This document shows positions 61,469-64,000 of a stretch of DNA of 64,000 nucleotides, in pieces. The translations under genes were made by a program, and so were the position numbers. Every line of letters begins with the position of its first letter. Position 1 is the first letter of the stretch. The notes under the pieces were generated by a model. It searched no databases. It was not told where the DNA came from and was given only the letters and a program-made list of their open reading frames with translations. Source of the stretch: an uncultured Gammaproteobacteria bacterium (lineage in GTDB: Bacteria; Pseudomonadota; Gammaproteobacteria; GCA-001735895); assembly GCA_964480635.1 (NCBI GenBank), contig CAYZQE010000002.1, positions 11,101-75,100 on the forward strand, given 5' to 3'.

Positions 61469-62523
61469 ATATAAAGCAAATTAGCGCTCTGAAATTAAAA
61501 CGACAAAGAGGCATTTCTTTAGTTGAAATTATGGTGGCCATGGTCATTAGTATTTTTTTACTAGGTGGTGTTATTCAAGTTTATCTTGCCAATAAATCAT
61601 CCTATCGATTTACTGATGCAACCACCCGAATTCAAGAAAATGCACGATTTTCTTTAGATACCATTGCTTCAGACCTTCGAATGGCAAGTTATTGGGGTTG
61701 CGCGCAATTTGACGCTAGCAATAATGATCATTTACGTAATAACTTAAATACGGCGTCAGGGCAGTACAACGTAAACCTACATGATTTTATCGGTTTAGAT
61801 GCGATTTCTATGACGGCTAATGATGGCTTAAATGGCTCTGATAGCATCACAGTTATTGGCAGTAAGCCAGGGCAAAATGTTATTAGAGCGCCTTACATGT
61901 CGGACACTGATGATAACATTGAAGTTTTAAATACAAGTGCAATAGAGGCTAATGATTTTGTTATCATTTCAAACTGTTTTGGTGCCGATATCTTCGAAGT
62001 CAGTTCTATCACTGGATCAGCAGTTGGCGGACAAAGTGTTATCTTTCATTCAACACAGGCCCAAACTGGAACACCCGGCAATACTAATTTAGCAGGTTGT
62101 ACAGCAGTAGGGACGAATCAGTGCTTATCACAAACTTATGGTTCGACAGCGGCAATTTCTATTTTGCAAACGATTACCTATAGTATTCAAGCAGGCGCTA
62201 GTGGAGAGCCTGCCTTATGGCGTTCTTTGAATGGCGTTGATGACGAGTTGATAGAAGGTGTTGAGCAGATGCAAATATTATTTGGCTTAGATACTGATGA
62301 TGATGGGACACCCAATCAATATTTAGCAGATGCCAATGCAATAGCGGCGAATTCAGAACAAATTAGTGCGGTACGAATATTTTTGGTAATGCGCTCAAAC
62401 CTAAATAATATTACCGACAATGCTCAGGTTTATAATTTAAATGGTACAGATGTGACGGCAACTGATAATCGATTGCGTCAAGTTTTTTCTATTACTATAG
62501 CGTTAAGAAACAGGTTGAGATAA
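61465..62523 (+). CDS. pilW: Type IV pilus assembly protein PilW
   Basis: Prepilin-type N-terminus QRGISLVEIMVAMVISIFLLGGV. Size and context match PilW. Overlaps pilV by 4 nt. Confidence 0.75.
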   Translation: MNIKQISALKLKRQRGISLVEIMVAMVISIFLLGGVIQVYLANKSSYRFTDATTRIQENARFSLDTIASDLRMASYWGCAQFDASNNDHLRNNLNTASGQYNVNLHDFIGLDAISMTANDGLNGSDSITVIGSKPGQNVIRAPYMSDTDDNIEVLNTSAIEANDFVIISNCFGADIFEVSSITGSAVGGQSVIFHSTQAQTGTPGNTNLAGCTAVGTNQCLSQTYGSTAAISILQTITYSIQAGASGEPALWRSLNGVDDELIEGVEQMQILFGLDTDDDGTPNQYLADANAIAANSEQISAVRIFLVMRSNLNNITDNAQVYNLNGTDVTATDNRLRQVFSITIALRNRLR

Positions 62524-63056
62524 TGAATTTACAAACTAATAATAAACGCCAAATAGGCGCTGTGCTGCTTGTTAGCATGGTTATTTTAGTCGCCTTAACC
62601 ATGTTAGGCGTCACATCAATGAAAAGCTCCTTATCAGAATTAACTATGGCGGGTAATTTACGTGAATCAGTCTTAACTTTTCAAGCGGCTGAAGTGGGTT
62701 TAAAAATAGCGGAAGGAATTATAGAAGATAGTGTTTCTACTAATATGTTTAATGGCGCGACAACAAGTTTACTAAATGTATCGACTAATGACCCCGATTA
62801 TTTGGATGAAACATCTTGGGACAATGCGACCAATGCGAATATCGCTTTAGAAAACATATCAACTAGCCCTAAATATATTATTCGTTATTTAGGCCCAAGA
62901 CCTATTGATCCAAAAATTAAGGGGCTGAATGTTGGTGGTGGCTATGGGCAGTATCGGCTCAAAGAGCTAGAAAATTTTCGCGTGACTTCGCGTGGAACAG
63001 GACAAACAGGTAATTTCTTTAGAGTGCTTCAATCTTATTATGCAAAGGAGTACTAA
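62523..63056 (+). CDS. pilX: Type IV pilus assembly protein PilX
   Basis: PilX N-terminal domain (RQIGAVLLVSMVILVALTMLGVTSM...LTFQAAEVGL). Confidence 0.7.
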   Translation: MNLQTNNKRQIGAVLLVSMVILVALTMLGVTSMKSSLSELTMAGNLRESVLTFQAAEVGLKIAEGIIEDSVSTNMFNGATTSLLNVSTNDPDYLDETSWDNATNANIALENISTSPKYIIRYLGPRPIDPKIKGLNVGGGYGQYRLKELENFRVTSRGTGQTGNFFRVLQSYYAKEY

Positions 63057-64000
63057 AATTATAAAACTCGTATCAAAATTTTTGAAGTATTTTTTGCAAA
63101 TTGGATTAATAAGTTTTAGTTGTTTTGGTTTATCTGCAGATGAGCTTAATCTTACTGCTTTTCCATTGTTTGTTTCTTCTAGCATCGAATCTAATGTTTA
63201 TTTTATTCTAGATGATTCGGCTAGCATGGATTGGGGGCTAATGATTGGTAGTGATATTGTTGATGATGGTGTTGCGAATATTGATGGCGTTATGCTAGCA
63301 GCGGGTAATTATGGTGCAAATAATGGTCTTGCTATTATTGATGATGATATTCGTCTTTACATGCATCCAAACTTTGTCGGCAAAGCTAATTGGGTTGTGG
63401 TGCCAACCGTAGAAACAAACCCCGAAGCTTGGTTGCTTAGAAACTCTATTGCTAATCCTTTATATTATAATCCTGAAACAAACTATGTGCCTTGGCCTGG
63501 CACAGACTCTAATGGTAATAATCTTTATTCTAATGCCATTCCTACCGCTGCTCGTAATTTTCCATATAGAAATGCAGGTGAAGTCGCGGACCTAACTCAG
63601 GATGTAGGTTATACAAAATGGTGGTGGGATGGAGGATGGCAGAGCTCAGAACATGATATTTATTTTGCGGTTTATTATAAATGGGTTGACGATGGTGATG
63701 GTATCGTTGAGCAATCTGATTCTTATATTGAAGTTGAGATAAAGCAAACTAATGCAGCACTATTTGAGACAGTTAATGTGACAGAGTCAGATGGGTCAGT
63801 TTCTATTAGAAAGCGGACCTATACGGAAGAAATGCAAAACTATGCAAACTGGTTTCAGTATTATCGTAAAAGAGAGTTTTTAGCAAAAGTAGCCATTGGT
63901 CATGTTGTTTCTGGAACGGATTCTGTTCGAATGGGCTTAAGCAGTATTAATGGTGGGCATATTTTCGATGCAAAAAGCATGAGTGACCCAGAAAATAGAG
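63040..64000 (+). CDS. pilY1: Type IV pilus tip adhesin/biogenesis protein PilY1 (5' portion; continues beyond window)
   Basis: ATG at 63040 overlaps the pilX stop. Signal peptide. Open frame to the window end containing the PilY1 signature NYANWFQYYRKREF. Confidence 0.75.
   Translation, partial: MQRSTKIIKLVSKFLKYFLQIGLISFSCFGLSADELNLTAFPLFVSSSIESNVYFILDDSASMDWGLMIGSDIVDDGVANIDGVMLAAGNYGANNGLAIIDDDIRLYMHPNFVGKANWVVVPTVETNPEAWLLRNSIANPLYYNPETNYVPWPGTDSNGNNLYSNAIPTAARNFPYRNAGEVADLTQDVGYTKWWWDGGWQSSEHDIYFAVYYKWVDDGDGIVEQSDSYIEVEIKQTNAALFETVNVTESDGSVSIRKRTYTEEMQNYANWFQYYRKREFLAKVAIGHVVSGTDSVRMGLSSINGGHIFDAKSMSDPENR

Overview
This window is a gammaproteobacterial chromosomal segment from the replication-origin neighbourhood, and most of it is A+T-rich. 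The minus strand carries the conserved rpmH-rnpA-yidD-yidC-mnmE cluster. It is followed on the plus strand by dnaA-dnaN-recF-gyrB, with two consensus DnaA boxes lying between dnaA and dnaN rather than upstream of dnaA. Flanking housekeeping genes include purT (partial), an mdh-xni-rluE-FN3K-like operon, rpsT, fadE-fadD, prlC, ubiD plus a ferredoxin-fused Fre-like reductase, a Pseudomonas-type pyrR-pyrB-pyrC' operon with a non-catalytic dihydroorotase, xthA-yihY, mqo, maeB, gloA, srkA and the pilV-pilW-pilX-pilY1 minor-pilin operon (pilY1 partial at the window end). Two observations stand out. (1) An apparent six-gene cluster (41.1-48.4 kb) encodes a repeat-containing periplasmic protein, a chemoreceptor-like hybrid histidine kinase (4HB-type periplasmic sensor, GAF, Glu/Gln-rich coiled coil with a 14-aa 'EELRVTNEEL' tandem repeat, HisKA/HATPase, three receivers with the middle one lacking the phospho-Asp), CheR, a receiver-less CheB and a REC-GGDEF diguanylate cyclase, with no CheA, CheW or MCP. 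I interpret this as a methylation-tuned phosphorelay to c-di-GMP in which the kinase itself is the CheR/CheB substrate. (2) A previously unannotated family of ~260-310 bp elements with perfect 25-bp terminal inverted repeats (MITE-like) is present in three copies. One copy splits a subclass-B3-like metallo-beta-lactamase-fold gene that sits divergent to a LysR regulator. One copy abuts the start codon of a TehB-like methyltransferase and supplies its Shine-Dalgarno. One degenerate copy occupies the rpmH-dnaA intergenic region next to the dnaA start. Other points include a periplasmic-binding-protein/HAMP-PAS-GGDEF-EAL pair, a degenerate HD-GYP-like gene overlapping mnmE, a tandem-CDGSH iron-sulfur protein and compositional heterogeneity around dnaN-recF. 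No rRNA, tRNA or CRISPR arrays were recognised.
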